This document shows, piece by piece, positions 8,844 through 19,460 of a stretch of DNA of 64,000 nt. Numbering within the stretch: the stretch's first letter is position 1; each line of letters opens with the position of its first letter. The DNA is taken from assembly GCA_964448115.1 (NCBI GenBank), contig CAYUVA010000003.1, forward strand, positions 62,001 through 126,000. The letters are read 5' to 3'. Origin of the DNA: an uncultured bacterium (GTDB lineage Bacteria > CAYUVA01). A program made the position numbers and the translations under genes. Below the pieces are notes generated by a model that was given only the letters and a program-made list of their open reading frames with translations, did no database searches and had not been told where the DNA came from.

Positions 8844-9431
8844 CTAGCCTGCTTCATCGTTCAGTTGTGCTTCTAGAACTAGGCAGACGAGGTGGATTAC
8901 TGTGGCATGGATCTCCTGGATGTGGGCAGTCGAGTCAGAATCGACATTGATATTGTAATCTGACAGCCCCTTGAGGCTTCCCCCTGATCTGCCAGTGAAG
9001 GATACAATTATCATGCCCCTTGATTTAGCCTCCTTAGCAGCCTTTAGAATATTAGGGGAAGTTCCGCTTGTGCTTATTGCGACTAGAACATCATCTTGTT
9101 CCCCCAGGGCACGCACCTGGCGAACGAATACCTCCTCAAAGCCATAGTCATTAGAGACTGCGGTCAGGATGGATGTATCGGTGGTTAAGGCGATGGCTTT
9201 TATAGGTTGACGATCCTTGTTGAACCTGCCAATCAGCTCGCTTGAGAAGTGTTGTGCATCGGCAGCGCTTCCTCCATTACCGCATATTAGCAACTTATTT
9301 CCGTTGCTCAGAGCCTTGAGGATGGCTTTTATAAATAAAGTCAAACTATCGAGGTTCTCTTCCATGAACCTTATTTTAAGTTCAATGCTCTCCTTGAAAT
9401 AAGCGGAGGCTATTTCAGATATCTCGTCCAT
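8844..9431 (-). CDS. gmhA: D-sedoheptulose 7-phosphate isomerase
   Basis: CGNGGSAADAQH, NDYGF, STSGTS, HIQEIH. Confidence 0.93.
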   Translation of the reverse strand: MDEISEIASAYFKESIELKIRFMEENLDSLTLFIKAILKALSNGNKLLICGNGGSAADAQHFSSELIGRFNKDRQPIKAIALTTDTSILTAVSNDYGFEEVFVRQVRALGEQDDVLVAISTSGTSPNILKAAKEAKSRGMIIVSFTGRSGGSLKGLSDYNINVDSDSTAHIQEIHATVIHLVCLVLEAQLNDEAG

Positions 9432-9458
9432 CGCAAAATAACGCTGAGAAGTGCCATA

Positions 9459-10526
9459 TCATTCATCTTCAAGGGTTTTTCTCTTGATTCTCTCCTGGGT
9501 ATATTTTCTTCGCAGCTTCCAGTTCTCGTTGTCCGGATTCAACTCCAATGCCTTGTCGTAGGCTTTAAGTGCCATCTGGTCCTGTTTATTAAGCTCATAA
9601 GAAAGCCCCAGCTTGTAGTGAGCCTTTGCATATTCGGGCTTGAGTTCGACTGCGCGTTGATAAGCCTCTATTGCCTGGCGATATTTATGCAGGTTCTCGT
9701 AAGCCTGGCCGAGAAAGTATGCAGCCTCGAAGTTGTTGGGATCGATGTTAAGCAGCTTGGAAAGATGCTGGGAAGCATCGGAGTACTTGTCTTGAAACAG
9801 CATTGCTCTTCCCAGATAAAGAAGAAGATACTTATCCTCAGGTGCATGTTTCAAGCCCTCTCTGGCGGTCGCCTCCAACTGCTTATAGTCTTCAAGGGTC
9901 AAGAAACAGGTCGATAGATAGACGCTAGCCTGGGTGAACTGGGGATTGATCTGTAGAGCCTTTCTGAATGGTTCTATAGCCTCGGCGCACTTATCCAATT
10001 CTTTTAGCAGGTATGCCTGGTAGTACCAGGCATTGAACGAGTCCGGATTTATTGCAGCCGCGTGCTTAAATGCATCGATCGCCTCGTTATATTTTTTCGC
10101 TTTCATGGCAGAGGTGGCGTAAAAGTACTGGTATTGATAGTCCTTCCCGTGCAATTCAGCAGCTTTTCGGTAGTGCTCATAAGCCTGGTACCAGTCCGGT
10201 GTTGGCAGCTTTGAATAGACATATCCAAGCATGAAGTGAGCCTCATAGACATTATGTTCTTCAGTAGCTGACTCGATAGCTTTTTTAAGAGGCTCTACCG
10301 CTTTCTCGTATCTTCCCCCATCGACATAACAGCGCGCCAATAGATACAGCAGGTTATAATTATTGGGATGTTCTCTTCGAGCAAGCTGTAGCTCCTCGGC
10401 TGCCAGATCATATTTCTTATCTTGATACAGCTTCATGCCGTTTCCCCAGTGATCGGCATAAGCATTGCCAAACAGCACCAGAGCAAAGAAAGCACTGACA
10501 ATCTTGATCGTTATATCTCGTCTCAT
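9459..10526 (-). CDS. Secreted tetratricopeptide-repeat protein
   Basis: Signal peptide (…GNAYA) followed by multiple 34-aa TPR units (e.g. AHYKLGLSYELNKQDQMALKAYDKALELNP). Alternative start at 10544. Confidence 0.85.
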   Translation of the reverse strand: MRRDITIKIVSAFFALVLFGNAYADHWGNGMKLYQDKKYDLAAEELQLARREHPNNYNLLYLLARCYVDGGRYEKAVEPLKKAIESATEEHNVYEAHFMLGYVYSKLPTPDWYQAYEHYRKAAELHGKDYQYQYFYATSAMKAKKYNEAIDAFKHAAAINPDSFNAWYYQAYLLKELDKCAEAIEPFRKALQINPQFTQASVYLSTCFLTLEDYKQLEATAREGLKHAPEDKYLLLYLGRAMLFQDKYSDASQHLSKLLNIDPNNFEAAYFLGQAYENLHKYRQAIEAYQRAVELKPEYAKAHYKLGLSYELNKQDQMALKAYDKALELNPDNENWKLRRKYTQERIKRKTLEDE

Positions 10527-10840
10527 TTTCCAAGCTCCCTTCATTGTATGTTCATTATTGAAAAAGTATCAAGTCTTAAAAGTTAACCGAAATATCATCA
10601 TCATGTCAAGTTGCATGAATCAACCCCCAAATTCTCGGCTTGGATCTCGTAATGGAAACCTCTTGCAAAAATAAACATCCTTCACCACTCAAATTGAGCC
10701 TGAACAGTCAAACCAAATAGAAAAATGGTACCACCTTTTATGCTCAATTTTTAATTATTGATAACATGTTAAATTAAGGTAGAAAAAATGGTATATTTTA
10801 TCTTATTTATTGATAAATAAGTCCCCGTGTTCGCAAATCA

Positions 10841-12700
10841 CTAAAGGATAGAGATAGGTAAACTAGCTGGTTGGAAATAAATAATTTCGCTAGTTATTAC
10901 GAAGCGATAGAGATCATCATGGCACCTAATGGTTATGTACTGCATTGCAGGCTCTGTTTCTGTCATGTTGTAACTCGGCTCGGTTGAAATCGATAAGCCC
11001 TCCAAGTCCCTGATGCCAAGAAGGTCGTGCATATCGTCATTGTTGAATCCATCGTAGGCTATGGAAGCAAAATGGACTCCCTTTGACTTGAGGGCGATCA
11101 TCCTGGGTATATCTCCCCCGAAGCTGCTTGCAGTAACCTTTTGATCCTCGGCTCCAATCTGCTTATCCAGATAGTTAGCCTCGCCGAAGCAGAAGATGAA
11201 AGCCTCATCGGGCACTCTACACAGCCTAAAAAAACCGGGGCTGACATAGTAGTAGAGTCTCTGATGCCAGACAGCGAATGCGACCTCGTCGTTGAGCATG
11301 CCGAAGACCAGGTCGCCTCGCAGTGGACGCATGTAGCGTAAAAGTTTAAGTACATTCATCGGCTCGCCATAACGGGCAGCCTGCACCTGCAGCGAATCAT
11401 CAGGCTCGCCGTAGCGATCTTTGATCTGCTCAATGCCTTTACCCTCGAATTCATCCCACAGGTAGGCATTCGCCGAGCGCCGCCAACTCGAATTGGTGTT
11501 CAGAATAACGCCGCTGAACAGCCCCATTTTCTCGATGACGGGATTTACCTCATTAGGAAACTTGGGAAAAAGCACCCCCTGCTTATCGAGGTTGAACAGG
11601 TTGAAAACAAGCAGGGAAACCAACGCAATGTTTATCAGCCATGAAACCAGCCTGCGCCTAAAGATGCTATGCAGAACGACAGCGATGAACAGGGCGATCA
11701 TCGGTGTAAGCGGTTGTAAGTAATGATTGCCCTTGATGGGGATCAGGGTGAAGATCAAATAAACGCACGGTATGTTCACCCCGATCACGACTAGCAGCGT
11801 TCGCTTCTGCCTGGCTGCTTTGCTTGAATCCCATAAAAAAATAAAACTCTTTAACAGCCAAGCAAGCAATGCCAAGCTCCCAATGATTGTTATAACAAAA
11901 GAGATGTTTAGCGGTATATTGGGTGCATAAAAGGCAAAGTAATCGACCAGCAGCCTCCAATCTTGCAGCATCTCGATCGGCTCTATTCTGTTGTTCGGCT
12001 GAAGCGCGACCGTTGATACACGATCCGGCAGCATTAGGTAATAAAACGGGATCAGCAGGAGCAAAGGTGATAAATACTTCAATATCCTCAGCGGCTTTAT
12101 ATCGGGATCTCTGACAACTTTTACCAAGGCAAGACCTAGAAAAGGTATGCAATAAAAAATGAGCGTGTATTTGATCAACATTCCGATCACAAATACCAGG
12201 CATATCCGGATTATATACTTGAAACCATCTTTTGTATCATCCACAGCAAAGTATAAAAACAATAAAAGCCAAGCCCCGATGGCAAGCTCATGGCTGAAGG
12301 TCATCGACATCTCGCAGATTGCGGGGAAAAATGTCAGCAAGATGGCTGCTGATAGCCCTATATGCAGCCATCGGTGCTTTTGAGCAAAAAGATAAAAAAA
12401 GCCGAAGCATAGACCCAACAACCATATATTCAAATACAATAGATTGCGCGGGGAGTCTCCAAGCAAGAAAAGAACCAGCTTGCCGAGATAGTATAGTAGA
12501 GGGGGATAAGCCTTGGAATAGGCGCTGTCAAAGTAATCCTGCGCTGCCCGGTAGTGCTCCTCGAACATTCCCCCCCTAGTGCGGCTCATGTCGTAATCCA
12601 CACCAAGAAATATCCCAAGGCGCACCAAGAATACCAGGCAAACCAATATATATAAAAGGGTTAGCGCTCCTTTTGCTCCAGGGGAGCTATCAGGTGGCAT
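10841..12700 (-). CDS. Polytopic membrane glycosyltransferase, GT-C fold (ArnT/PMT-like)
   Basis: YPPLLYYL motif after the first TM, about 10 TM segments, GMLIKYT motif, HYLQPLTP, soluble C-terminal domain. Confidence 0.65.
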   Translation of the reverse strand: MPPDSSPGAKGALTLLYILVCLVFLVRLGIFLGVDYDMSRTRGGMFEEHYRAAQDYFDSAYSKAYPPLLYYLGKLVLFLLGDSPRNLLYLNIWLLGLCFGFFYLFAQKHRWLHIGLSAAILLTFFPAICEMSMTFSHELAIGAWLLLFLYFAVDDTKDGFKYIIRICLVFVIGMLIKYTLIFYCIPFLGLALVKVVRDPDIKPLRILKYLSPLLLLIPFYYLMLPDRVSTVALQPNNRIEPIEMLQDWRLLVDYFAFYAPNIPLNISFVITIIGSLALLAWLLKSFIFLWDSSKAARQKRTLLVVIGVNIPCVYLIFTLIPIKGNHYLQPLTPMIALFIAVVLHSIFRRRLVSWLINIALVSLLVFNLFNLDKQGVLFPKFPNEVNPVIEKMGLFSGVILNTNSSWRRSANAYLWDEFEGKGIEQIKDRYGEPDDSLQVQAARYGEPMNVLKLLRYMRPLRGDLVFGMLNDEVAFAVWHQRLYYYVSPGFFRLCRVPDEAFIFCFGEANYLDKQIGAEDQKVTASSFGGDIPRMIALKSKGVHFASIAYDGFNNDDMHDLLGIRDLEGLSISTEPSYNMTETEPAMQYITIRCHDDLYRFVITSEIIYFQPASLPISIL

Positions 12701-12788
12701 CTATAGCTTGATTTGTGTATTAAAGCTGCCTATTTTTCAGTCAAGACCAAACTAGCTACTTTTGATTTTTTCAAAATTATAAAAATTA

Positions 12789-13703
12789 TCAATCCCTGGC
12801 GTATCTTATCATTATCTCCTTGACCTTCTTAGTCATCTCCAGTGCTTCCTTGCGCTCCCGCTGCCACATGTTCCTACCGAAGATAAGCCCGGTGCAGCCC
12901 GCCTCCATTGAGATCTTAACCTTGCTGAGCAACTGTTCATCGGTCAGCTTGCTTCCGCCGGATACCAGCGTGAAGCATCTACCCGCGGAGTTGACCACCT
13001 TGTTCATCATGGTCTGCTCATCCCAGTCAAGTGTATTGTAAGGCTTTGGATAGAGCTGCTGCTTGTCTTTTTCTATCTTTGGCATGTTGAGTTTTACCAT
13101 GTCAGCGCCAAGCTCAAGGGCGACTCGTGCAGCATAATCGACCGCATAGATGGAGTCGTTGCCCCCTTTTGCCTTGCAGGCAGCGCCCCTAGGATAAGAC
13201 CAGACTATCAGGGGCATTCCGAAGCGCTCGCAGTCGATGCGCACCTGGTTGAGCTGCTGGAAATCGACATCCTGCGACGGGGAGCCGACATAAAGAGTGT
13301 AACCGACCGCATCAGCCCCCAATCTCACCGCATCCTCAACGGTCGCATCGCATGGCGAGAATGCCTCGTCATCGGGGGGGATATTGGTCTTGCCGTTGAT
13401 CTTAAGCACCAGTGGGAGCTTGCCGGCGAACTTATACCAGTACTTCTCGGCGATCCCTACATGGAAGACGATCCCGGAATAGCCACCCTCGAGCGCAAAA
13501 TCGAGAACATAATCCGGGTCTTGGGAGGGTGGATTGGGGAAGAAATCCATGGGTCCGTGCTCCAAGCCCTGATCGACCGGCAGCAACATGCATAAGCCAT
13601 GCCCGATGCCATGATTATAAAGTATCTCGTGGAACCTGCGCTTCTTGCCGGTGTTAAGATGTTGCGCATTGCTTAATGTAGGTATCTTAGCCAAATCTAC
13701 CAT
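12789..13703 (-). CDS. fbaB: Class I fructose-bisphosphate aldolase (DhnA/FbaB family)
   Basis: LPVDQGLEHGP, WSYPRG, ELGADMVK Schiff-base lysine, GLIFGRN. Confidence 0.88.
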   Translation of the reverse strand: MVDLAKIPTLSNAQHLNTGKKRRFHEILYNHGIGHGLCMLLPVDQGLEHGPMDFFPNPPSQDPDYVLDFALEGGYSGIVFHVGIAEKYWYKFAGKLPLVLKINGKTNIPPDDEAFSPCDATVEDAVRLGADAVGYTLYVGSPSQDVDFQQLNQVRIDCERFGMPLIVWSYPRGAACKAKGGNDSIYAVDYAARVALELGADMVKLNMPKIEKDKQQLYPKPYNTLDWDEQTMMNKVVNSAGRCFTLVSGGSKLTDEQLLSKVKISMEAGCTGLIFGRNMWQRERKEALEMTKKVKEIMIRYARD

Positions 13704-13737
13704 TTATGAGCCTCCTTAGAGAAATATGCTCTATATT

Positions 13738-14658
13738 TTATGCCTTTCGGGCAATTACGACCATGCGGTCGTTAAAGTTTAGCGTATCGAACAGGAATCT
13801 GCGCAATGAGTTTACTCGCAAGGGGAGTATAGCCGCATCCGATAAAAGATTGCCGATGGTGCGAGCCAATCTTCTCAGGCTGTTTCGCTCAACATCCACC
13901 TGGCGATCTCCGATGCCGTAAGCTTCCTTGAAGTACTCGTAGTACTCGCTGAACTTGTGCGTTTGCACCGTCTTGTAATCGACCATCCTGAAGCCCCTAT
14001 CCTCGATGAGCTTCTTCAGGGTGCGATAGCTAAAGTATGACAGGTGCATATCCGGTTTTAGTGCATTTGCGTTCCTGGACAGGCTGAGCATGCTCTTCAA
14101 GTTGGGAACCGAGATGGCAAGGATGCCATCGGGATCCAGGATCCTGTACACCTCGGTTATGGTCTTAGCCGGGTCGGGGACATGCTCCAGCGAGTCCCAC
14201 ATCACTATTATATCCTGCGACTCATCAGCCAGCTTGGCATCGCGCAGCATCCCGTAATAGACCGGGAAATTATAGTTGATGCGCATGTACTCGATAGCCC
14301 ACCTGGAGCTTTCCACGCCCATGACCACATAGCCGGCTCTGTTTGCCACCTCGAGGAATGTGCCGGTTCCGCAGCCGACATCGAGCAGCCTCCCGTGTTT
14401 CTTGTACCTGGCGATCTCGGCGAGACGCTCCCTGAAGAAGATGATCTTCTGGTTCTTGTTCATCAGGTTGAACTGCTGCAGAAAGGTGAGATCCTCCACA
14501 GGCTGGTGATTGTTGCTCTTGATGGGGCGGGGATTCAGATACAGAAATCCGCAGTGGTTGCATCTTACAATAGAGTACCTTTGCTCGGAAAACCAAGTCT
14601 GGTAATCATCAGAGTAGCAGATAGAACAGGGCACGAATTCAACTTGCCTATCCATCAC
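13738..14658 (-). CDS. Class I SAM-dependent methyltransferase with N-terminal Cys-pair (zinc-ribbon-like) domain
   Basis: CSIC...CNHCG, LLDVGCGTG, LEHVPDP. Confidence 0.85.
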   Translation of the reverse strand: MMDRQVEFVPCSICYSDDYQTWFSEQRYSIVRCNHCGFLYLNPRPIKSNNHQPVEDLTFLQQFNLMNKNQKIIFFRERLAEIARYKKHGRLLDVGCGTGTFLEVANRAGYVVMGVESSRWAIEYMRINYNFPVYYGMLRDAKLADESQDIIVMWDSLEHVPDPAKTITEVYRILDPDGILAISVPNLKSMLSLSRNANALKPDMHLSYFSYRTLKKLIEDRGFRMVDYKTVQTHKFSEYYEYFKEAYGIGDRQVDVERNSLRRLARTIGNLLSDAAILPLRVNSLRRFLFDTLNFNDRMVVIARKA

Positions 14659-14911
14659 TCCTTGAGTTTTATCAACTGGTTAAACATTAGTCAAAAGTTT
14701 TTAACGCAGCATGTCAAGAATGCATTATACCTTAACAAGCTATTTTTACAAGATCAAAATGCTGTTTGAACTTAAGTCTCATCTGTGGCTTCAATGGTGA
14801 TGATGTTTGTATTTTTTGCCAATTCTTTACCGATAATGCTATTTTGTAATGGACTAATCATGGAAAGATGTATATAATTAGATGCAAACTCAACAGTAAG
14901 AGGTAACCACC

Positions 14912-15238
14912 ATGTCAGATAAAATGAGCATTATCGGCGAATCAGTCGTGATAATGGGTAACCTGTCCGGGAAGGGAGACCTGACCGTTGCCGGCTCCAT
15001 AGAGGGAGAGGTGAACCTTGGAGACAATGAGATAATCGTTGAACCTAACGGCTCTATCGAGGGGAATGTCAAAACCCAAAAAATAACCATCGCCGGAGAA
15101 GTGAGAAGGGGTAAGATTGAAGCCACGGAGAGCACCCAGGTAACCGAGACCGGTAAGGTCTATTGTGATATCACCACCAAGACCATGGGCGTCAAGGACG
15201 GAGCTGTGCTCTATGGTGAATTCAACATTGGGAAATAG
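14912..15238 (+). CDS. Bactofilin (polymer-forming cytoskeletal protein)
   Basis: SIIGESVVIMGNL...L.V.G.IEG.V...G.V..DI...V.DGA.L.G beta-helix pattern. Confidence 0.9.
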   Translation: MSDKMSIIGESVVIMGNLSGKGDLTVAGSIEGEVNLGDNEIIVEPNGSIEGNVKTQKITIAGEVRRGKIEATESTQVTETGKVYCDITTKTMGVKDGAVLYGEFNIGK

Positions 15239-15263
15239 CTAGTCCTAACGGAAGATAGTCCCT

Positions 15264-16625
15264 TTAATACAAAAGAGACATAAACAGGTTAGCTATTCCC
15301 AGAAAGCATACCGCCCCGAAGATGTCGGTGGTGGTGGTAACCAATGGTCCCGAAGCTATAGCAGGGTCTAGCTTCATCCTTTCCAGAACCATTGGAAAAA
15401 GCACCCCGATGAGCGATGCAAAGCTCATGGAGATGAGCATCCCGCACCCTATTGAACATGCCAGCTTGAGATCTCCCTTATAGGTGCTGGCAAAGAGCGC
15501 TATTATTAAGCCATAAAACAAGCCCATAAGGATACCGACCCTGAGATTCTTGAACAGTATCCTCCAGATCTGTCTTACATCGAATTTGCCGGTTGCAAGC
15601 CCCCGTATCATCACTGCCACGGTCTGCGAGCCTACATTCCCCCCCATGCCTAGTATTATCGGTATAAAGAAGACCAGGGCAACCTGTTTAGCTAATGTTT
15701 CCTCGAAACTTGCTATTATCACTGAATTGATCATACCCCCAAGGAATGTAGCCACCAGCCATGGGGAACGACGCAAGGCTAAGGCGGTCGAGGAACGAGA
15801 AACGAAATCCTCCTCGCGCAAGCCGGCACCGGACATCTTATAGATATCCTCGGTAGCCTCGTCCTTAATGATATCGATAACATCATCGACAGTAACGATA
15901 CCGAGGAGCACTCCCTTGTCATCGATTACCGGAATGGCAAGGAAGTTATAGCGAGCGACCAGCCTGGCAACCTCCTCTTGATCGGTATTGGGATTGACGC
16001 TTATAACCTCTGGATTCATTATCTGTCCAAGGGTAGCGTTGCGGTCGGCGGTGAGCAGTTGCCTGAGTGATACGATCCCTCTGAGTTTGCCATGGCTGTC
16101 AACTACATAAAGGTAAAAGACCATCTCAGCCTCGGTCGCCTTCTGGATGGCATCTATCGCCTCGGAGACCGTGGTATTCTCAGGTAGGGCAAAGACTGAC
16201 GGGGTCATGATGCGACCAGCCGTCTCAATGGGATATTCAAGCAGCTTCTCTACATCGAGAGATTCCTTGTCTTCCATGTAGGCAAGTATGCTGCTCGCCT
16301 TGTCTTCGGGTAACTCGGAGATGATCTCGGCAGCATCATCTGGGTCCATCTCGGATAAGATTGTGGAGCATTGCTCTATATCTAGCTCATCAAGCAAAAC
16401 AGCTCCTATCTCCGGCTCCACCTCGCTTAGAATATCTGCTTTTGTCTCAACATTATTGATCAGGTTGAACAGGTACTTCATCTCATGAGGAAGGAGGAAC
16501 CCGAAGACTATGGCGAGGTCGGCTGGGTGGGTCTTAGAGATGGCCTTCACCACATTCGGCTTGGCGTTTCGCCGAATGAGTTTCTGCAAGGTCTCCTGTA
16601 GTTGTTTTAACTTCGGGCTTAGCAT
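15264..16625 (-). CDS. mgtE: Magnesium transporter MgtE
   Basis: HPAD N-domain, tandem CBS domains, GGNVGSQ, DPAIASGPLVTTTTD. Confidence 0.96.
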   Translation of the reverse strand: MLSPKLKQLQETLQKLIRRNAKPNVVKAISKTHPADLAIVFGFLLPHEMKYLFNLINNVETKADILSEVEPEIGAVLLDELDIEQCSTILSEMDPDDAAEIISELPEDKASSILAYMEDKESLDVEKLLEYPIETAGRIMTPSVFALPENTTVSEAIDAIQKATEAEMVFYLYVVDSHGKLRGIVSLRQLLTADRNATLGQIMNPEVISVNPNTDQEEVARLVARYNFLAIPVIDDKGVLLGIVTVDDVIDIIKDEATEDIYKMSGAGLREEDFVSRSSTALALRRSPWLVATFLGGMINSVIIASFEETLAKQVALVFFIPIILGMGGNVGSQTVAVMIRGLATGKFDVRQIWRILFKNLRVGILMGLFYGLIIALFASTYKGDLKLACSIGCGMLISMSFASLIGVLFPMVLERMKLDPAIASGPLVTTTTDIFGAVCFLGIANLFMSLLY

Positions 16626-16701
16626 CTGTACTGCCAGTCTTCATCTTCAGTGTTGTTAACAGTAAGGATTATTAAAACTATAGTCAAGAAGATCTTTAAA
16701 T

Positions 16702-17886
16702 TCACAGTGTTATGCCGATCTCCTCATCGGTCAGGTAACAGGCAGGATCCGGTGCCCAGACATCTTGATAGACCGCCTCGGCACGCACTCTAAGGTTCCC
16801 GTTGCATAAATCTTTATATTTGCAGGCTGCGCAGCGCCCCTTGAGCAGATGAGATCGATCCTTCAAGCCTCTCATCAACGGATCGGACAGGTCGCTCCAA
16901 ATATCGCCGAACTTGCGATCCCTTATGTTACCGAAGCTATAGTGCAGCCAGAACTGATCTGCATGAACAGAGCCATTCCAGTCAACATCTGCGATCGCTA
17001 TTCCGCTGCGGTTGCCGCGGTTGATCTTGAGCAATCCATAGACCGCCTCGGCGCGCGCGGGATCCTCCTTAAGCAGCTTGAGATATATATAAACCCCGTC
17101 GCAGTGGTTATCCACGGTAAGGATGTCGTATTCGCCCTTGTCGTTTAAGTCAACGCTTCGAGCCAGGATGTATTCGATAAGCTCACGCTTGAGTTGATTG
17201 GGTATATCTTCATCTATCAGTTTGCTGCCCCGCCCGCAGTAGGCTAGATGATAAAAGCAAAGTCGCGGTATCCGTTCACTCTCCACCAGGTCGAAGATGC
17301 CAGGGATATCATCATAATTTCTTTTACTTATAGTGAACCTTAAGCCAACCTTCTGATCCACCTCGAGACAGTTATGAATCCCATGAAGCGCCTCGGCAAA
17401 CGCTCCCTTCTTTGCCCTGAAGCGATCGTTGGTCTTTTGCAGACCGTCCAGACTGATGCCCACATAGGAGATGCCAGCCTGCTTGATCTGTCTCGCCTGG
17501 TTCTTATCAATCAGGGTGCCATTGGTGGAGATGACGGTTCTGATCCCCTTTATTCGGGCATACTCAGCGAGCAGGAAAAGATCGGAACGCATCAAGGGTT
17601 CGCCCCCAGAGAACAGAAGTACCGGAACCCCAAACTCGGCAAGCTGATCAATGAACCCCTTGGCTTGGTCAGTGGTAAGCTCACCATGATATTGTTTATT
17701 CTCCGATTCCGAGTAACAATGGATACAGCGAAGATTGCAACGCCTGGTGCAGTTCCAGACGACTATCGGCTTGGTCGCCAGCGCGTATTCAAGCTCAGAG
17801 ATCCCCTCTTTCCTGGCCCGGCTCTGGTACCGAAGCCAATCACCCGATGTATCCTTACGGCAATATAGCTTGGTGATGCTTATCAT
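16702..17886 (-). CDS. ahbC: Radical SAM/SPASM AhbC (12,18-didecarboxysiroheme deacetylase, NirJ1-like)
   Basis: MISITKLYC...LRY start, KPIVVWNCTRRCNLRCIHCY, RLCFYHL, ILTVDNHCDG, VHADQFW, C-terminal CxxC...C and DPACYL. Likely start is 17886 rather than 17970. Confidence 0.85.
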   Translation of the reverse strand: MISITKLYCRKDTSGDWLRYQSRARKEGISELEYALATKPIVVWNCTRRCNLRCIHCYSESENKQYHGELTTDQAKGFIDQLAEFGVPVLLFSGGEPLMRSDLFLLAEYARIKGIRTVISTNGTLIDKNQARQIKQAGISYVGISLDGLQKTNDRFRAKKGAFAEALHGIHNCLEVDQKVGLRFTISKRNYDDIPGIFDLVESERIPRLCFYHLAYCGRGSKLIDEDIPNQLKRELIEYILARSVDLNDKGEYDILTVDNHCDGVYIYLKLLKEDPARAEAVYGLLKINRGNRSGIAIADVDWNGSVHADQFWLHYSFGNIRDRKFGDIWSDLSDPLMRGLKDRSHLLKGRCAACKYKDLCNGNLRVRAEAVYQDVWAPDPACYLTDEEIGITL

Positions 17887-18041
17887 CAGCGGTCTCCATT
17901 GGTTGATCCGGTTCTGAATGTTATAACACTGCAATACTAGCAAGGCAAATGGTTTAATGCATACATCCACTGGCTCAGTCGGTTTGCCATAATAATCCTG
18001 TGCAATTATAGTACCTTGCGAATAAGAGGAGCATATAACCG

Positions 18042-19460
18042 ATGAACCTAAAAACCAATTACCATCCCATCGATCAGGGAATCATCAAGAAGCTAAAAGG
18101 GATCTGTGGTAAGGAATTCGTCAAGACCGCCATGGAGGATCTTATCCTGTACAGCTATGATGCCACCAGGCTTCGCTACAAGCCTGAGGCGGTGCTATTC
18201 CCTGCTACCCCTATGGAGATCTCCGAGATACTGAAACTTGCCAATGAGAAAGTATTCCCGGTTACGGCTCGTGGTGGGGGCGTAGGCTTTACTGGTGGAG
18301 CACTACCGGTATGCGGGGGAGTGGTCCTCTCACTGCAGCGGCTTAATCGTATATTGGATATCGATGCTATAAATCATACCGCCCTGGTTGAAGCAGGGGT
18401 TACCACTGAAAGATTTCGTCTTAATGTTGCTGAGAAGGGTTTATTCTATCCGGTCAATCCTAGCAGCATGGGAACCTCCACCATTGGGGGGAATATTGCA
18501 ACTGGTGCATCAGGTCCTTCTGCACTGAAATATGGAACCACTAAGGACTATGTGCTTGTTCTGGAAGCAGTTCTTCCAAGTGGGGAGATAGTCCAATTGG
18601 GGAGCGGAACCAGGAAATCAGCGGTCGGTTATGAGTTGGCTACCCTCCTGGTCGGCTCCGAGGGCACGCTAGCTGTGATAACCAAGGCGAAGATGCGCCT
18701 GTTAAGACAACCCCAAGCCTCCAGGGCAGCGTTGCTAGGTTTTAAGGATCTTGACAAAGCTGTCAATGCTGGCTTGGAGATGTTCAAAACAAGCGTGATT
18801 CCATCTGCCTTGGAGCTTATGGACGATCTTGCTATCTATGCCCTCAGGGAATTTCAAGGGAGATCGCTTCCAGCAGGGATCACATCAGGACTGATGATCG
18901 AGGTGGATGGCAACGAGGATACGGTAGAAAAGGAGATTGACATGTTGCTTCAGGTGGCAGGGAAGTATAGTCCGCTCTATTCGAGGCGTTCTTTCCAGGG
19001 CGCGGACTACGACGATATCATCGAGCTTCGCCGCGCAGTATCCCCGGCAACCAGTCGCCTGGCGCCACGCAAGCTAAACGAGGATATCGTTGTTCCTACA
19101 AGTAAGGTCTTGGATTATATAAGTAAGATCAAACAATTAAGCCGAAAATACGAGATCCCGATCGTTTGTCATGGACATCTAGGCGATGGAAATATTCATA
19201 CTGACATCATGATCGATGACAAAGACCCGAAACAGGTGCGGTCTGCCGAAGAGATCCTGCAGGCGATGTTTTCTTTTGTGGTGGAACTTGGAGGTAGCAT
19301 CAGCGCCGAGCACGGTATCGGCATAACCAAGGCGCCCTACCTGCATCTTCAGTTGTCGCCTGAGGTATTAGCCCTATCGCGCAGGATCAAAGATGCCTTT
19401 GATCCCAACTATATCCTCAATCCCGGTAAGATCTTCCATGCCATCCAAGATGCAAGCTGA
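18042..19460 (+). CDS. glcD: FAD-linked oxidase, glycolate/D-lactate dehydrogenase GlcD-like
   Basis: ARGGGVGFTGGA, STIGGNIA, GSEGTL, GHLGDGNIH, SAEHGIGITK, ILNPGKIF. Confidence 0.85.
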   Translation: MNLKTNYHPIDQGIIKKLKGICGKEFVKTAMEDLILYSYDATRLRYKPEAVLFPATPMEISEILKLANEKVFPVTARGGGVGFTGGALPVCGGVVLSLQRLNRILDIDAINHTALVEAGVTTERFRLNVAEKGLFYPVNPSSMGTSTIGGNIATGASGPSALKYGTTKDYVLVLEAVLPSGEIVQLGSGTRKSAVGYELATLLVGSEGTLAVITKAKMRLLRQPQASRAALLGFKDLDKAVNAGLEMFKTSVIPSALELMDDLAIYALREFQGRSLPAGITSGLMIEVDGNEDTVEKEIDMLLQVAGKYSPLYSRRSFQGADYDDIIELRRAVSPATSRLAPRKLNEDIVVPTSKVLDYISKIKQLSRKYEIPIVCHGHLGDGNIHTDIMIDDKDPKQVRSAEEILQAMFSFVVELGGSISAEHGIGITKAPYLHLQLSPEVLALSRRIKDAFDPNYILNPGKIFHAIQDAS

